From NCBI GenBank assembly GCA_964591175.1, contig CAZQAF010000005.1, positions 18,256 through 82,255 on the forward strand: 64,000 nucleotides of DNA, written 5' to 3'. The position numbers and the translations under genes are program-made. The notes beneath the pieces are model-generated. The model had not been told where the DNA came from and did no database searches. It saw only the letters and a list, made by a program, of their open reading frames with translations. This DNA is from an uncultured Desulfobacteraceae bacterium (lineage in GTDB: Bacteria > Desulfobacterota > Desulfobacteria > Desulfobacterales > UBA11574). Of the stretch, positions 1 to 12,169 are shown piece by piece. Numbering within the stretch: the stretch's first letter is position 1; each line of letters starts with the position of its first letter.

Positions 1-1
1 T

Positions 2-2428
<2,427 letters not shown>

Positions 2429-2616
2429 TGCCAAATCGTATATATTTTTCGGATGTGCCCTTTACAAATTTATGCATCAGTGATTATAATACCGAAAAAG
2501 GATTGTTGATAAGGTGTTAGCGACGTATGCAATTCGATATCCATCAAAATATGGACACAACGTAAGGGGGGGCGCCTTTAGGGAAGCATTCAAGCACATG
2601 CTTCAAAGGTCTTGCC

Positions 2617-2946
2617 ATGGATAACGATTCAATGAACGGGTACGGCCCTGAATTAGAGGAAGATGTTATTTCTGAAACCAAAGATGATATTGATGAACCT
2701 CCCATGTACAAGGTGCTCCTTCACAACGACGATTATACTACCATGGAATTCGTTGTCGAAATTCTAATGTTTGTGTTTAAAAAATCGTCTGAGGAAGCAG
2801 TGAAGATCATGCTGAACGTTCACCATAAGGGTGTTGGAGTATGCGGCGTATATCCTTATGAAGTATCGGAAACCAAAGTGAAAACCGTCGATGCCCTGGC
2901 CAGGGAAAACGATTTTCCACTTAAGTGTACAATGGAGAAAGAATAG
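2617..2946 (+). CDS. clpS: ATP-dependent Clp protease adaptor ClpS
   Basis: 109-aa ORF. The core PPMYKVLLHNDDYTTMEFVVEIL...HHKGVGVCGVYPYEVSETK is typical of ClpS. It ends 3 nt before clpA. Confidence 0.93.
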   Translation: MDNDSMNGYGPELEEDVISETKDDIDEPPMYKVLLHNDDYTTMEFVVEILMFVFKKSSEEAVKIMLNVHHKGVGVCGVYPYEVSETKVKTVDALARENDFPLKCTMEKE

Positions 2947-2949
2947 AAC

Positions 2950-5214
2950 ATGATCAGTAAAGAACTAAGTGAAACCCTGGGCTTTGCAGTCAGGGAAGCC
3001 AAAAGAAGACGACATGAGTATGTCTGCGTAGAGCATTTGCTTTTTGCTATTTTATACGACGGCGAAGGCATTGAAATTATAGAAAATTGTGGTGGTAATG
3101 TTGAAACGCTTAAAAATGAGCTGGAGATGTTTTTTAATGAACGGATGGAAAGTGTCCCCGAAGACAACGAATATGTTCTCCAGCAGACAGTCGGTTTTCA
3201 ACGGGTCATCCAGCGGGCGATTAATCATGTCCGTTCAGCAGAAAAACAGCAGGTTGAAGTGAGTGACATACTTGCCTCGATTTTTCAGGAGAAGGATTCC
3301 CACGCAGAATATTTTTTAAGCTCTGAAGGAATTACGCGCCTCGATGTTTTAGGCTACATTTCGCACAATGTTGCAAAACCTATCCATAAGGAAGGGATTG
3401 ACCCATTTATAACAACAGAAAAAAGAGATAAAAAGCAATCCTCTGATCCTTTGGAAGCATTTACCATCGATCTCGTGAAATACGCGGCTCAGGGCAAGCT
3501 GGATCCTTTGATTGGCAGGGACTTGGAGATGGAACGAACCGTTCAGGTTTTATGCCGACGTCGAAAAAACAATCCGATTTTCGTCGGAGATCCCGGCGTC
3601 GGGAAAACCGCAATGGCCGAGGGTCTTGCCATTCGGATCAGCGAAGGGTCTATCCCGGAATTGCTGAAAAATGTTCGTATCTATTCTCTTGATTTGGGCG
3701 GCTTGCTCGCGGGGACGAAATTTCGGGGTGACTTTGAACAGCGTTTAAAAGGGGTTTTGTCTTCTTTAAAAAAGAAAAAAGACGCCATTTTATTTATCGA
3801 TGAGATTCACACAACGGTTGGGGCCGGAGCAACCAGCAGAGGTTCCATGGATGCTTCGAATATTTTGAAACCCGCCCTGGCGACCGGTGAGCTGCGATGT
3901 ATCGGATCGACAACCTATGAAGATTATAAGAATTTCTTTGAAAAGGACCGGGCGTTGTCTCGCCGGTTCGAGAAAATAGAAATCCTGGAACCGCCGGTCA
4001 AAGAGACCATTCAAATTTTAAAAGGATTGCGATCCCGTTATGAGGAGCATCACGGCATCGTGTATACGGATCAGGCGTTAAAGGCCGCCGCCGAACTTTC
4101 CGCAAAATATATCAACGACCGTTATCTTCCCGACAAAGCAATAGATGTCATCGATGAGGCGGGGGCATTCGTTCGATTGTCCAATTCTCCCCATAGAAAA
4201 AGGATAAATCCCAAAGATATTGAAAATATTGTGGCCAAGATGGCCCGAATTCCCACCGTCAGTGTGTCAACGCCTGATAAAACGAAATTGGAGACCCTTG
4301 AAGAAAAAATCAAAGCGGTCGTTTTCGGACAGGATAATGCCATAACATCATTGGTCACATCCATTAAGCGATCACGAGCCGGTCTCGGAACACCCGAAAG
4401 ACCCGTTGGATCGTTTTTATTCGCCGGTCCTACCGGTGTCGGCAAGACCGAGGTGAGTCTGCAGGTTGCAAGGGTTCTCGGGGTTCATTTTTTGCGGTTT
4501 GATATGAGTGAGTATATGGAAAAACATGCCGTTGCCCGCCTCATTGGCGCACCGCCGGGGTATATTGGTTTCGATCAGGGAGGACTTCTGACGGACGATA
4601 TTCGGAAGCATCCTTACAGCGTGCTTTTATTTGATGAAATAGAAAAAGCGCATCCGGATATGTTTAACATCCTTCTTCAAGTGCTGGACCATGCGACGCT
4701 GACAGACAACAACGGGAAAAAGGCAGATTTTAGAAATGTCATTATCATGATGACCTCCAACGCGGGTACACGGGAGATGAGCACGCAAACCATCGGTTTT
4801 GGAGATAAGCAACATGATACCAAAGACAAAGGGAAAAAAGCCGTTGAAAATTTCTTTAGTCCGGAATTTAGAAATCGTCTTGACGGTATCATTCATTTCA
4901 ATCCGCTGAATGAAGATATCATGAAAAAAGTGGTGGATAAGTTCATAAAAGAGCTTCGCGGGCAGTTGTCTGCTAAAAAGGTAAGCATCGGCCTTTCTTC
5001 GGAAGCCCGCACGTGGCTGGCCAAAAACGGACATGACCCGCGTTTTGGCGCCAGGCCATTGAGTCGATTGATACAAGCTGAAATTAAAGATGTCCTGTCC
5101 GACGAGATTCTGTTCGGACGTCTTGAAAAAGGCGGCAACGTATTGATCGATGTTGAGAATTCAAAGTTGGCGTTTAACTACCATCCTAAAACTTCGTTGA
5201 AGGAAAACGCATAG
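2950..5214 (+). CDS. clpA: ATP-dependent Clp protease ATP-binding subunit ClpA
   Basis: 754 aa with a Clp N-domain and two AAA+ modules (Walker [10 protein letters not shown] and GPTGVGKTE). No long ClpB-type middle domain. Confidence 0.95.
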   Translation: MISKELSETLGFAVREAKRRRHEYVCVEHLLFAILYDGEGIEIIENCGGNVETLKNELEMFFNERMESVPEDNEYVLQQTVGFQRVIQRAINHVRSAEKQQVEVSDILASIFQEKDSHAEYFLSSEGITRLDVLGYISHNVAKPIHKEGIDPFITTEKRDKKQSSDPLEAFTIDLVKYAAQGKLDPLIGRDLEMERTVQVLCRRRKNNPIFVGDPGVGKTAMAEGLAIRISEGSIPELLKNVRIYSLDLGGLLAGTKFRGDFEQRLKGVLSSLKKKKDAILFIDEIHTTVGAGATSRGSMDASNILKPALATGELRCIGSTTYEDYKNFFEKDRALSRRFEKIEILEPPVKETIQILKGLRSRYEEHHGIVYTDQALKAAAELSAKYINDRYLPDKAIDVIDEAGAFVRLSNSPHRKRINPKDIENIVAKMARIPTVSVSTPDKTKLETLEEKIKAVVFGQDNAITSLVTSIKRSRAGLGTPERPVGSFLFAGPTGVGKTEVSLQVARVLGVHFLRFDMSEYMEKHAVARLIGAPPGYIGFDQGGLLTDDIRKHPYSVLLFDEIEKAHPDMFNILLQVLDHATLTDNNGKKADFRNVIIMMTSNAGTREMSTQTIGFGDKQHDTKDKGKKAVENFFSPEFRNRLDGIIHFNPLNEDIMKKVVDKFIKELRGQLSAKKVSIGLSSEARTWLAKNGHDPRFGARPLSRLIQAEIKDVLSDEILFGRLEKGGNVLIDVENSKLAFNYHPKTSLKENA

Positions 5215-5393
5215 ACCGGCCATCGTCGGGTTGATGATACGGGTATAATCATATTTAAATAGTGCCTGAACGTAACTTTCCATATCGGCACTAAATTGAC
5301 GCTGTCATCTGGAAAGACAACGGCCTTATCAGTAGATCAAAGACGAGCAGGGTTATATGCGTGTTTTCCGCTTAATTATTTGACGATATCAGC

Positions 5394-6080
5394 GTGCCTG
5401 TTTTTCTTTTATCCGATACCGTTGGCTTTCCTCCGCCCTACCTTGCGTCCAAAGAAGGCTTGCTGGCCGTTGGGGGTGATCTCGGCATAAAACGGCTGAT
5501 TCTTGCCTATCGAATGGGAATTTTTCCATGGTTTTCAGATGGTGATCCGATTCTTTGGTGGTCGCCTGACCCTCGCCTTGTGTTGTATCCTTCCGAAATT
5601 AAAATCTCAAAAACCTTAAAAAAAATCATAAAAAAAAATGTATTCAAGGTAACCATGGACATGGCATTTGATGAGGTTATCAACCAGTGCGCACAAGTTC
5701 GCTTGCAAAAGAATCAAGGCACATGGATCGTCAAAGAGATGATCGATGCTTATTGCGAACTTCATAGATCCGGCTATGCACATTCAGTGGAAGTCTGGCA
5801 ACAGGAGGAACTGGCCGGGGGGTTATACGGCGTTTCTCTCGGAAAGTGTTTTTTCGGAGAATCCATGTTCAGCCGAGTCAGCAGCGCATCAAATGTCGCC
5901 CTCGTCAAGCTTGTTAAATATATTAGCAACTTATCGTTTGATCTGATTGATTGTCAGGTCCGCACCGAGCATTTGATCCGCTTCGGTGCCAGAGAAATCC
6001 CAAGAAAGCTTTTTTTAAGTCAACTTGAAAAATCTCTTGATGCGCCGACTCAAAAAGGAAAATGGGAATATATGATCTAA
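5394..6080 (+). CDS. aat: Leucyl/phenylalanyl-tRNA--protein transferase
   Basis: GTG start, 228 aa. FPPPYLASKEGLLAVGGDL and LAYRMGIFPWFSDGDPILWWSPDPR blocks are typical of L/F-transferase. Sits downstream of clpS-clpA (N-end rule trio). Confidence 0.9.
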   Translation: MPVFLLSDTVGFPPPYLASKEGLLAVGGDLGIKRLILAYRMGIFPWFSDGDPILWWSPDPRLVLYPSEIKISKTLKKIIKKNVFKVTMDMAFDEVINQCAQVRLQKNQGTWIVKEMIDAYCELHRSGYAHSVEVWQQEELAGGLYGVSLGKCFFGESMFSRVSSASNVALVKLVKYISNLSFDLIDCQVRTEHLIRFGAREIPRKLFLSQLEKSLDAPTQKGKWEYMI

Positions 6081-6430
6081 ACACCGAACTTTTTTTAAAT
6101 ACGGACAGGTTCAACGTCGTGTGTCATTTTTTTGGCGTTTTCTCTGAAGACGTATCCGCTTATTTTTGACAGGCCTTCCTTCAACATTCAAACCTTTTGA
6201 TGCAGATCCAATACTCAACCTTGTGAGAAATGATTTGAAGTCAGCGGCTGAAATACTTTCTTTAAGGTAAAATGGCGTTTTACGCAATATCATAAAACCC
6301 CGTATATAAAGAGGTTTATACGCAATAAATATTCTGATACCGGTATGTTATATCGTTTTTGCGTCCTATGGATCTTCATGCAATTCAACTGTGTTGTCGC
6401 CATCGCAATCAATTGATTTCATCAAAAATA

Positions 6431-6450
6431 ATTTTCCCCAATTTTCCCCT
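6431..6450. repeat. Tandem 10-bp direct repeat ATTTTCCCCA / ATTTTCCCCT
   Basis: Read directly at 6431-6440 and 6441-6450, immediately upstream of the duplicated sigma-54 promoter unit. Confidence 0.6.
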
Positions 6451-6460
6451 CTTTTTATTC

Positions 6461-6476
6461 TGGCCTGAAATTTGCA
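6461..6476 (+). promoter_or_regulatory. Putative sigma-54 (-24/-12) promoter, copy 1
   Basis: TGGCCTGAAATTTGCA has GG-N10-GC spacing identical to the consensus TGGCAC-N5-TTGCW. It lies about 175 nt upstream of the pilin ATG at 6649. Confidence 0.55.
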
Positions 6477-6483
6477 TTTATTC

Positions 6484-6499
6484 TGGCCTGAAATTTGCT
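6484..6499 (+). promoter_or_regulatory. Putative sigma-54 (-24/-12) promoter, copy 2
   Basis: TGGCCTGAAATTTGCT, part of a perfect 21-nt direct repeat of copy 1 (6455-6475 and 6478-6498). Confidence 0.55.
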
Positions 6500-6648
6500 G
6501 TTGTTCCAAATAATTATATGTTCATCCGGCGCTGCATCCTTTTTCCGGATTTTTTTGTAACAACGGACCGGCAGCTTTTTGGGTTTTCAACTTCTGAAAC
6601 GCTATGATTCGATAAGACTCACAATCAAAAGACAGGAGTACAGATACC

Positions 6649-7323
6649 ATGATCATCCGAATTAAGAACAAATGGCGATATTTGTCGGATAAAAGAGGGT
6701 TTACGCTTATTGAAATGGCCATTGTGCTAATCATCATCGGCATCATCATCGGGGCGGTGGTCAAGGGAAAGGACCTCATCCGAAGCGCAGAGCAAAAGAA
6801 AATTTACACGAAATATCTGAATGCATGGCGTATGGCCTACGCCAACTTCTATGACCGGACCGGAAAACGGCTGGGGGATTTTTATAATACCTTCGGTTCG
6901 TCGGGAGGGCAGGACGGAAAGGCCGACACAGATAGCAACAATGACGGTTCGATCAGCGATATGGAACGCGGATATCTTAAAACCGGAGATCCGGCAGGAA
7001 CCGGCTTCAGAGGGCTGGACACCGTCGGCCTGACTGCGCCTTCAACCAATACCGGTAATTGCTGGGAATATACCTATACCGATAAAGACGGCGGCGGTCA
7101 CAGATTATCTATAGCATTTAAATACGATCCGAATGGCAAGTACAATTACATGTGGATTAGCGAGCTGCCCAATGAGCTGGGGATGGCGCTGGATACCATC
7201 ATCGATAATGAAGCGAACGGCACTTCCGGGGATTTTTTATGTTTCGATCCGGGTGATGCCGTCAATTCAGACTGGAAGGCGCCCTCAACGGAAGTCAGCG
7301 CCCGCTGGAAAATGGATTTTTAA
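6649..7323 (+). CDS. Type IV pilin / pseudopilin-like protein
   Basis: Leader MIIRIKNKWRYLSDKRG is followed by FTLIEMAIVLIIIGIIIGAVV: the prepilin peptidase G/F cleavage and N-methylation motif, with Glu at +5. AGGAG lies about 10 nt upstream of the ATG. The globular part is Gly/Asp/Thr-rich. Confidence 0.87.
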   Translation: MIIRIKNKWRYLSDKRGFTLIEMAIVLIIIGIIIGAVVKGKDLIRSAEQKKIYTKYLNAWRMAYANFYDRTGKRLGDFYNTFGSSGGQDGKADTDSNNDGSISDMERGYLKTGDPAGTGFRGLDTVGLTAPSTNTGNCWEYTYTDKDGGGHRLSIAFKYDPNGKYNYMWISELPNELGMALDTIIDNEANGTSGDFLCFDPGDAVNSDWKAPSTEVSARWKMDF

Positions 7324-7327
7324 AAAG

Positions 7328-7837
7328 ATGTCTACGATAAAAATATTTCGATCCGGTTTGGTGACCGGTCTTCTCGTGGTGCTGTGTTTTTCGGCGGGGT
7401 ATTTTTTCCTTTCCGGTTACCAGCGGTATATTGTCAACCTGGACAAAAAAGCGGCATTGATCCGGCAGGCCGAACTGCTCAATCATCGACAAATCGACAG
7501 AAAGCAGAAATGGCAAGACATTATGAAAGTCAATCGATTTGTGAAAAATGCCGAGTTGTTGGGATTGGTACGAAAAAAATGGGCGGTTTATCATGTGGAT
7601 ATTCAGGATTCGGTCAATTTTACGGAAATGAGGAAATTATTAACCCAATGTACAAATGGAGATTCTCATTATTTCAAACCGATTTCATTTCACCTTAAAT
7701 CAATAAAAGCGATCGACAACAAAAAAAATACATCGGGTATGACGTCTCACCGTCAAAAAGGAGATATTCTCATGGTGCTCAAAGGCGCATTTTTCGTGAA
7801 AAACAATACTGGAATACCGGATGATGAAAAAAAATAA
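7328..7837 (+). CDS. Hypothetical membrane-anchored protein in pilus cluster
   Basis: I chose the ATG at 7328 (MSTIKIFRSGLVTGLLVVLCFSAGYFFL, N-terminal TM helix). The ORF-track extension back to 7133 overlaps the pilin gene out of frame. No recognisable motif. Confidence 0.6.
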   Translation: MSTIKIFRSGLVTGLLVVLCFSAGYFFLSGYQRYIVNLDKKAALIRQAELLNHRQIDRKQKWQDIMKVNRFVKNAELLGLVRKKWAVYHVDIQDSVNFTEMRKLLTQCTNGDSHYFKPISFHLKSIKAIDNKKNTSGMTSHRQKGDILMVLKGAFFVKNNTGIPDDEKK

Positions 7838-9119
7838 AAAACAATACGTCCTCGAGCTGGATGGTCTTTTCTACCATTTAAAAGATAGCCGTTTAAGACA
7901 AATTGCCGATTTAAAAGAAGTCAATGACGCGTATTGTTTTGTCACGGACCTGCAGGAAACGATTTCAAGAACCATGACTGTCGAAGCGCCGGCCAAATAT
8001 GCGGAATTTGTGGTTCGCAAAAAACTCCAGGAATCGGGCGATTTTGATGAGCCGGTGTCCGTGATTACGCATTGGAAAAAGAAAAGAGGCAAAAATACCA
8101 CCGATATATTTTTCACAGCGCTTCCAACACGCCAATACCACGTCTATCTTGAAAAAATTCGGACAAGCGAAGACGGCATTCTGATGATTCCTTTATATAC
8201 GCTGCTATATAATGTCTTAAAACAAATGCATTCGGAAGATCCCATTGCCGTCATATTTCAGCACGGGCGATTTGCCGACGTGATTGTCGGCAACAAAAGC
8301 CATATCTATTACTCGAATCGATGTGTTGCATTCGACAAGAGCGAAGCGCAAATCTCTGTGCTCTGGGATACCGTTCGGACAGATATTCAAACCGCACAGA
8401 CCGAAAACGGAATGAAGGTAAAAACGGCCATTCAACTCAGCTGGATCGATAGCGGAGAAAATCCGGAATGGACTGAAAACGAGGAATATGAATGGTGTCA
8501 TTTGGAAGAAGAACCCATATCGTTTGATGATGATACGTATTTGGTCTCATTTTCAAATGCGATAAGAAGACGATCGGGGAACGGCGCAATTACACCAAAA
8601 ATAGAGAAGCTTTATTATCACACGCAAAAATGGGCGGCACCGCTCAACATTTTTTTGCTTGTTTTCCTGTTGGCAATAACAGGCGGATATTTCTTATGCC
8701 GGAATAGAGCGGATCTTGTTGAAAAACAATTGAAACGAATGAACCGCCAGATCACAGGGCTAAGTGCCGATATTTCCATGAACGCGATCCCTGCTGAAAC
8801 ATACCGGGATACCTTCGAATTTATCAAAGATCTATCCTATTGCAAAAACTCACCTTCGTATCTGGATGTAATGAACGATGTTACGAAGGGACTTTCTTCG
8901 GATATGGAAACAGAAATCCTTAAGATCGATTATTCGGCCGATGCGATGACATTGGAGATATTCGGCCGGATTCAAGCGGATTTCGATTCGGCGCATAACG
9001 GATATCAGGAATTCATTTCATTCATGAAATCCAAAGGATATTCTGTCACGGAAAACAGGTTTGACACGAATATCCGTGAATCAAAATATCTTGCCAAATT
9101 TACAAAGAGGATTGGATGA
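7821..9119 (+). CDS. Bitopic pilus-assembly protein candidate (MshI / PilM-PilN-like architecture)
   Basis: 432 aa: a long cytoplasmic N-domain, one TM helix (APLNIFLLVFLLAITGGYFLC) and a periplasmic C-domain. Overlaps both neighbours (17 and 4 nt). Function assigned from architecture and position only. Confidence 0.55.
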   Translation: MMKKNKKQYVLELDGLFYHLKDSRLRQIADLKEVNDAYCFVTDLQETISRTMTVEAPAKYAEFVVRKKLQESGDFDEPVSVITHWKKKRGKNTTDIFFTALPTRQYHVYLEKIRTSEDGILMIPLYTLLYNVLKQMHSEDPIAVIFQHGRFADVIVGNKSHIYYSNRCVAFDKSEAQISVLWDTVRTDIQTAQTENGMKVKTAIQLSWIDSGENPEWTENEEYEWCHLEEEPISFDDDTYLVSFSNAIRRRSGNGAITPKIEKLYYHTQKWAAPLNIFLLVFLLAITGGYFLCRNRADLVEKQLKRMNRQITGLSADISMNAIPAETYRDTFEFIKDLSYCKNSPSYLDVMNDVTKGLSSDMETEILKIDYSADAMTLEIFGRIQADFDSAHNGYQEFISFMKSKGYSVTENRFDTNIRESKYLAKFTKRIG

Positions 9120-9643
9120 AAAGAAAATATAACGGACTTGTCGCGATCGTTATTATTGGCGCGGTTTTGCTTCCAACGGCGATTTATGCGGTTTATTCAT
9201 CCCAAGTTATCGGCAAAACAGATACCGCTCGGTTAAAGGTTTTCCCCTCTGATTTTACTGTTCCCGACGCTGCCGGTATGAGAAGAATATCCACCTTTGA
9301 AAAAGAGATGGTTGATATCTCCAACCCTAAAATCACGAAATCAATGCTGGATCGAGACGTTCGTTTCTGGCGTTATTCGGATCAAAATTATCATCGCGAT
9401 ATAACGAACAATCAGAGGCAAGAGGAGATAGATGCCAAAACAGCGCATGAATTAACCTTTGTTTTCGCATCGAGCGAGAAAAGATTTTGTATCATAGACG
9501 GCTCATTTTATGCTCAGGGCGCTGAACTTCCCGGCGGCGGAAAGATCGTGAAAATAGAACCGGACCGTGTTCGGGTGAAAAAAGGAAAATCAGCCCAATG
9601 GATACCGCTCTCGAAAACGACAAAGTGGGGCGAAATACAGTAA
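9116..9643 (+). CDS. Small N-terminally anchored pilus protein (PilP / MshK-like candidate)
   Basis: 175 aa with an N-terminal TM helix (LVAIVIIGAVLLPTAIYAVY). The C-terminal block FCIIDGSFYAQGAELPGGGKIVKIEPDRVRVKKG resembles secretin-interacting PilP/GspC-type domains. Context only. Confidence 0.5.
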   Translation: MKRKYNGLVAIVIIGAVLLPTAIYAVYSSQVIGKTDTARLKVFPSDFTVPDAAGMRRISTFEKEMVDISNPKITKSMLDRDVRFWRYSDQNYHRDITNNQRQEEIDAKTAHELTFVFASSEKRFCIIDGSFYAQGAELPGGGKIVKIEPDRVRVKKGKSAQWIPLSKTTKWGEIQ

Positions 9644-9713
9644 AGAACTTACAATCGAGCATTGTCGTTCAATCGGGGTTAAAGTCTACAGACGTGTAAC
9701 TGTCGGAGGGTTT

Positions 9714-11213
9714 ATGAGGCAATTTAATGTCATCTGGATAATAATTTTGTTGTTCTTCATGGCGGGCTGCGCAACCAGAGCCCCTGCACTCAAGCCATTG
9801 TCGCTTCAGACCACCCAGAAGCATATCGAGTCCGAGTCCGAAAAACTGGATGCGGCACACAAAAAATTTGTTTCCGGTCTGGAAAAGACGACACCTCGGG
9901 TCATAAAAGCGGAACCGGTAATGCCGGTTTACAATCCATTGGAAGACCATATGGTCTCTTTTTCAATGATCAACGAAGATCTCAAGGCGATTATGTATTC
10001 TCTGTCCCAGTCCGTCGGGATGAACCTGATCATTGACCCGGCCGTCAATCTTGAGAAGAAATCGCTCACCCTCAATTTCCAAAACGTTTCTGCGGCTATT
10101 GTTCTGAAAGAGATACTGAATAGCTATGATCTTTGTTACGAGATTCAAGGGAATGTCATCCGTATTATGCCGTATAAAGAACAGATGTTCAGTCTCGATT
10201 TTCTGGATACCAAAACGAATACCAATTTCAATGTCGGAGGTGATGTGCTTGGTGCATCGGAAGAAACCTCCAGCGGATTAAAGGGTAAGTTTGAACTATC
10301 CGGACAGGCGGCCAAACAGGGAAATGACTATGATGTTGTTGAACAAATGATCTCCCGGATCATGTCTAAAAACGGAAAATATACGCTCAACCGGCTTTCC
10401 GGAAGTCTTTATGTTAAAGATACCCCTGGGGTTATCCAATCCATTTCAAAATTGATTAATCATTTCAAGGCGATGTTATCCAGGCAGGTACTCATTGAAG
10501 CGAGAATTATCGAAGTCGGGTTGTCGGATAAGTATAAATACGGCATTGATTGGAGGGTGTTGCGAGATAAGGCTGCCTCATTAACGGCAAAAACCAGTGT
10601 GGCCTGGTCACTGGGTAACGGACTGGTTTTCAGCCATGCCAATAATGAATTTACCATTGATGCGGCCATGGACGCCTTAATGACGTTTGGTAAGGAAAAG
10701 GTGGTGTCAAACCCGAGCATTCGCGTCAAACATGGAAAACCCGCACTCATCAGTGTTGGCACATCCTTTACTTATAAGAAAAAAGTCCAGACCACGCGGG
10801 AAGTGACGACCGGCACTGACAGGCAAATAACGGACGTCGATGTTTCTACCGTGTTTGACGGGCTTATTTTGGGAGTGATTCCCTTTATCGGTGAAAACCA
10901 AAGGATTTCTTTGCTGATCAATCCCATCAACAGTTCGGTTAATCGAGAAAGTTTGGTTCCGAAAAGCGTCGGATCGGGGGACCAGGAAATATCCCTTCCT
11001 CAGGTCAGAATCAAGGAAATGAGTACAACCATTGAGCTTACAAGCGGCGATGTTGTGGTTTTGGGAGGCTTGATCGATGACGTGCAAACCACGGAAGATA
11101 ATGGAGTGCCAATTCTATCAAGCATTCCCATATTGGGGTATCTTTTTAAAAATCAGACAAAAGATATAGAATCAAGGGAACTCGTTATTATTTTGAGTGT
11201 AAAGCTGGTATGA
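9714..11213 (+). CDS. Secretin lipoprotein (MshL / PilQ / GspD family)
   Basis: Lipobox FFMAGC. The C-terminal secretin signature is VVVLGGLIDDVQTTEDNGVPILSSIPILGYLFK...RELVIILS. Confidence 0.88.
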   Translation: MRQFNVIWIIILLFFMAGCATRAPALKPLSLQTTQKHIESESEKLDAAHKKFVSGLEKTTPRVIKAEPVMPVYNPLEDHMVSFSMINEDLKAIMYSLSQSVGMNLIIDPAVNLEKKSLTLNFQNVSAAIVLKEILNSYDLCYEIQGNVIRIMPYKEQMFSLDFLDTKTNTNFNVGGDVLGASEETSSGLKGKFELSGQAAKQGNDYDVVEQMISRIMSKNGKYTLNRLSGSLYVKDTPGVIQSISKLINHFKAMLSRQVLIEARIIEVGLSDKYKYGIDWRVLRDKAASLTAKTSVAWSLGNGLVFSHANNEFTIDAAMDALMTFGKEKVVSNPSIRVKHGKPALISVGTSFTYKKKVQTTREVTTGTDRQITDVDVSTVFDGLILGVIPFIGENQRISLLINPINSSVNRESLVPKSVGSGDQEISLPQVRIKEMSTTIELTSGDVVVLGGLIDDVQTTEDNGVPILSSIPILGYLFKNQTKDIESRELVIILSVKLV

Positions 11214-12169
11214 GCGTCATTTTCAGGACATTGAAAAAACTTAACACCGAATCAACGGGTGCAGGAAAAAGTATCGGCACACGGGTCCATAGAAAAAAAA
11301 TCTTTGGGTTCGATGCAGTACGCCACCCGTCTTCTGCTGTTCTTTTGCTGCTCGTCGTGTTCACAGTCTTAGGTGCAGGATCCCTTTTTGGTTATTTCAA
11401 GCTCCAGGACAAAAACAGTAAAAAGGCCGAAGCGGTTTTGATTTCAAGCGCCGATATCCGCCAATCAACGAATATGCCCCTTAACACAAAGATTGAAAAT
11501 AAAGGGAAAAAACGTTCGAATGAATCAAAAGCTTCAGCGTTAAATTCCATTGAATACCGCCCGCCGGATGCAAATCACAATCGCGCCCCAATGATTGATT
11601 CAGACCCAACGACAAATAACAAAGCGCGGTTGGCATTTATAAGAAAAAAAACCGATCCATCTCATATCGTATCGAAAATTAAAGCCAGACAACCGGATAG
11701 ATCCTCGACATCCCAAGAATCGACGACCCCTGATGTAAAGCAGGTTTTTCTTTCGAATGCAAAAAAGAACGCAAAAATTGCCCGTTTGATTTCGGATATT
11801 CATGGTGAGATGGGGCGCGGCAATAAAGATCGAATTGTAAAACTTTTTAATGAACTGGCAATGATAAAGGGACAAGACAACAATTATGTTCTCAAATTAA
11901 AAGCGGTTTGGCATATACGCAATCAAGAGTATGAGGACGCAGCAAATTTGTTGAGAACCGTGCTTTCGAGAAACGGGCTCGATCTGGAAGCAGGTCTCAA
12001 TATGGCAATTGTTGAGATCAATACCGGAAAGGAACAAAGCGCCTACCGGCGGCTGGAAAACCTTCAAAAAAGTTATCCGGACAGTATACGGCTGGCTGAG
12101 ATCCTTCAAGGTTTGAGACGATTATTTAACGGAGAGCAAATCCGACATTTCAGCACACACGATGGGTGA
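11210..12169 (+). CDS. TPR-like pilus biogenesis protein (MshN-like candidate)
   Basis: 319 aa with one TM helix (AVLLLLVVFTVLGAGSLFGYF), a low-complexity middle region and a helical-repeat C-terminus (AVWHIRNQEYEDAANLLRTVL...). 4-nt overlaps with both neighbours. Confidence 0.5.
   Translation: MSVIFRTLKKLNTESTGAGKSIGTRVHRKKIFGFDAVRHPSSAVLLLLVVFTVLGAGSLFGYFKLQDKNSKKAEAVLISSADIRQSTNMPLNTKIENKGKKRSNESKASALNSIEYRPPDANHNRAPMIDSDPTTNNKARLAFIRKKTDPSHIVSKIKARQPDRSSTSQESTTPDVKQVFLSNAKKNAKIARLISDIHGEMGRGNKDRIVKLFNELAMIKGQDNNYVLKLKAVWHIRNQEYEDAANLLRTVLSRNGLDLEAGLNMAIVEINTGKEQSAYRRLENLQKSYPDSIRLAEILQGLRRLFNGEQIRHFSTHDG

Noticed and set aside
2583-2604. Hairpin GAAGCAT-N8-ATGCTTC, 13 nt upstream of the clpS start codon.
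   Set aside because: Only a 7-bp stem, with no conserved context I can evaluate. It could affect translation initiation but is too small to call a regulatory element.
6081-6648. Search for a c-di-GMP riboswitch (GEMM-like) or small genes in the 568-bp region upstream of the pilin gene, including ORFs 6111-6293 (minus) and 6359-6607 (plus).
   Set aside because: I found no GEMM-type conserved segments (no ACGCAAAGC-like core or paired GNRA-receptor arrangement). The two ORFs have no RBS or motif, and the plus one spans the promoter repeats. Only the sigma-54 repeats are supported.
7133-7327. N-terminal extension of the ORF-track entry 7133-7837, overlapping the 3' end of the pilin gene.
   Set aside because: The extension is out of frame within the pilin gene and has no motif. 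An ATG at 7328, 5 nt after the pilin stop, starts a sensible TM-anchored protein.
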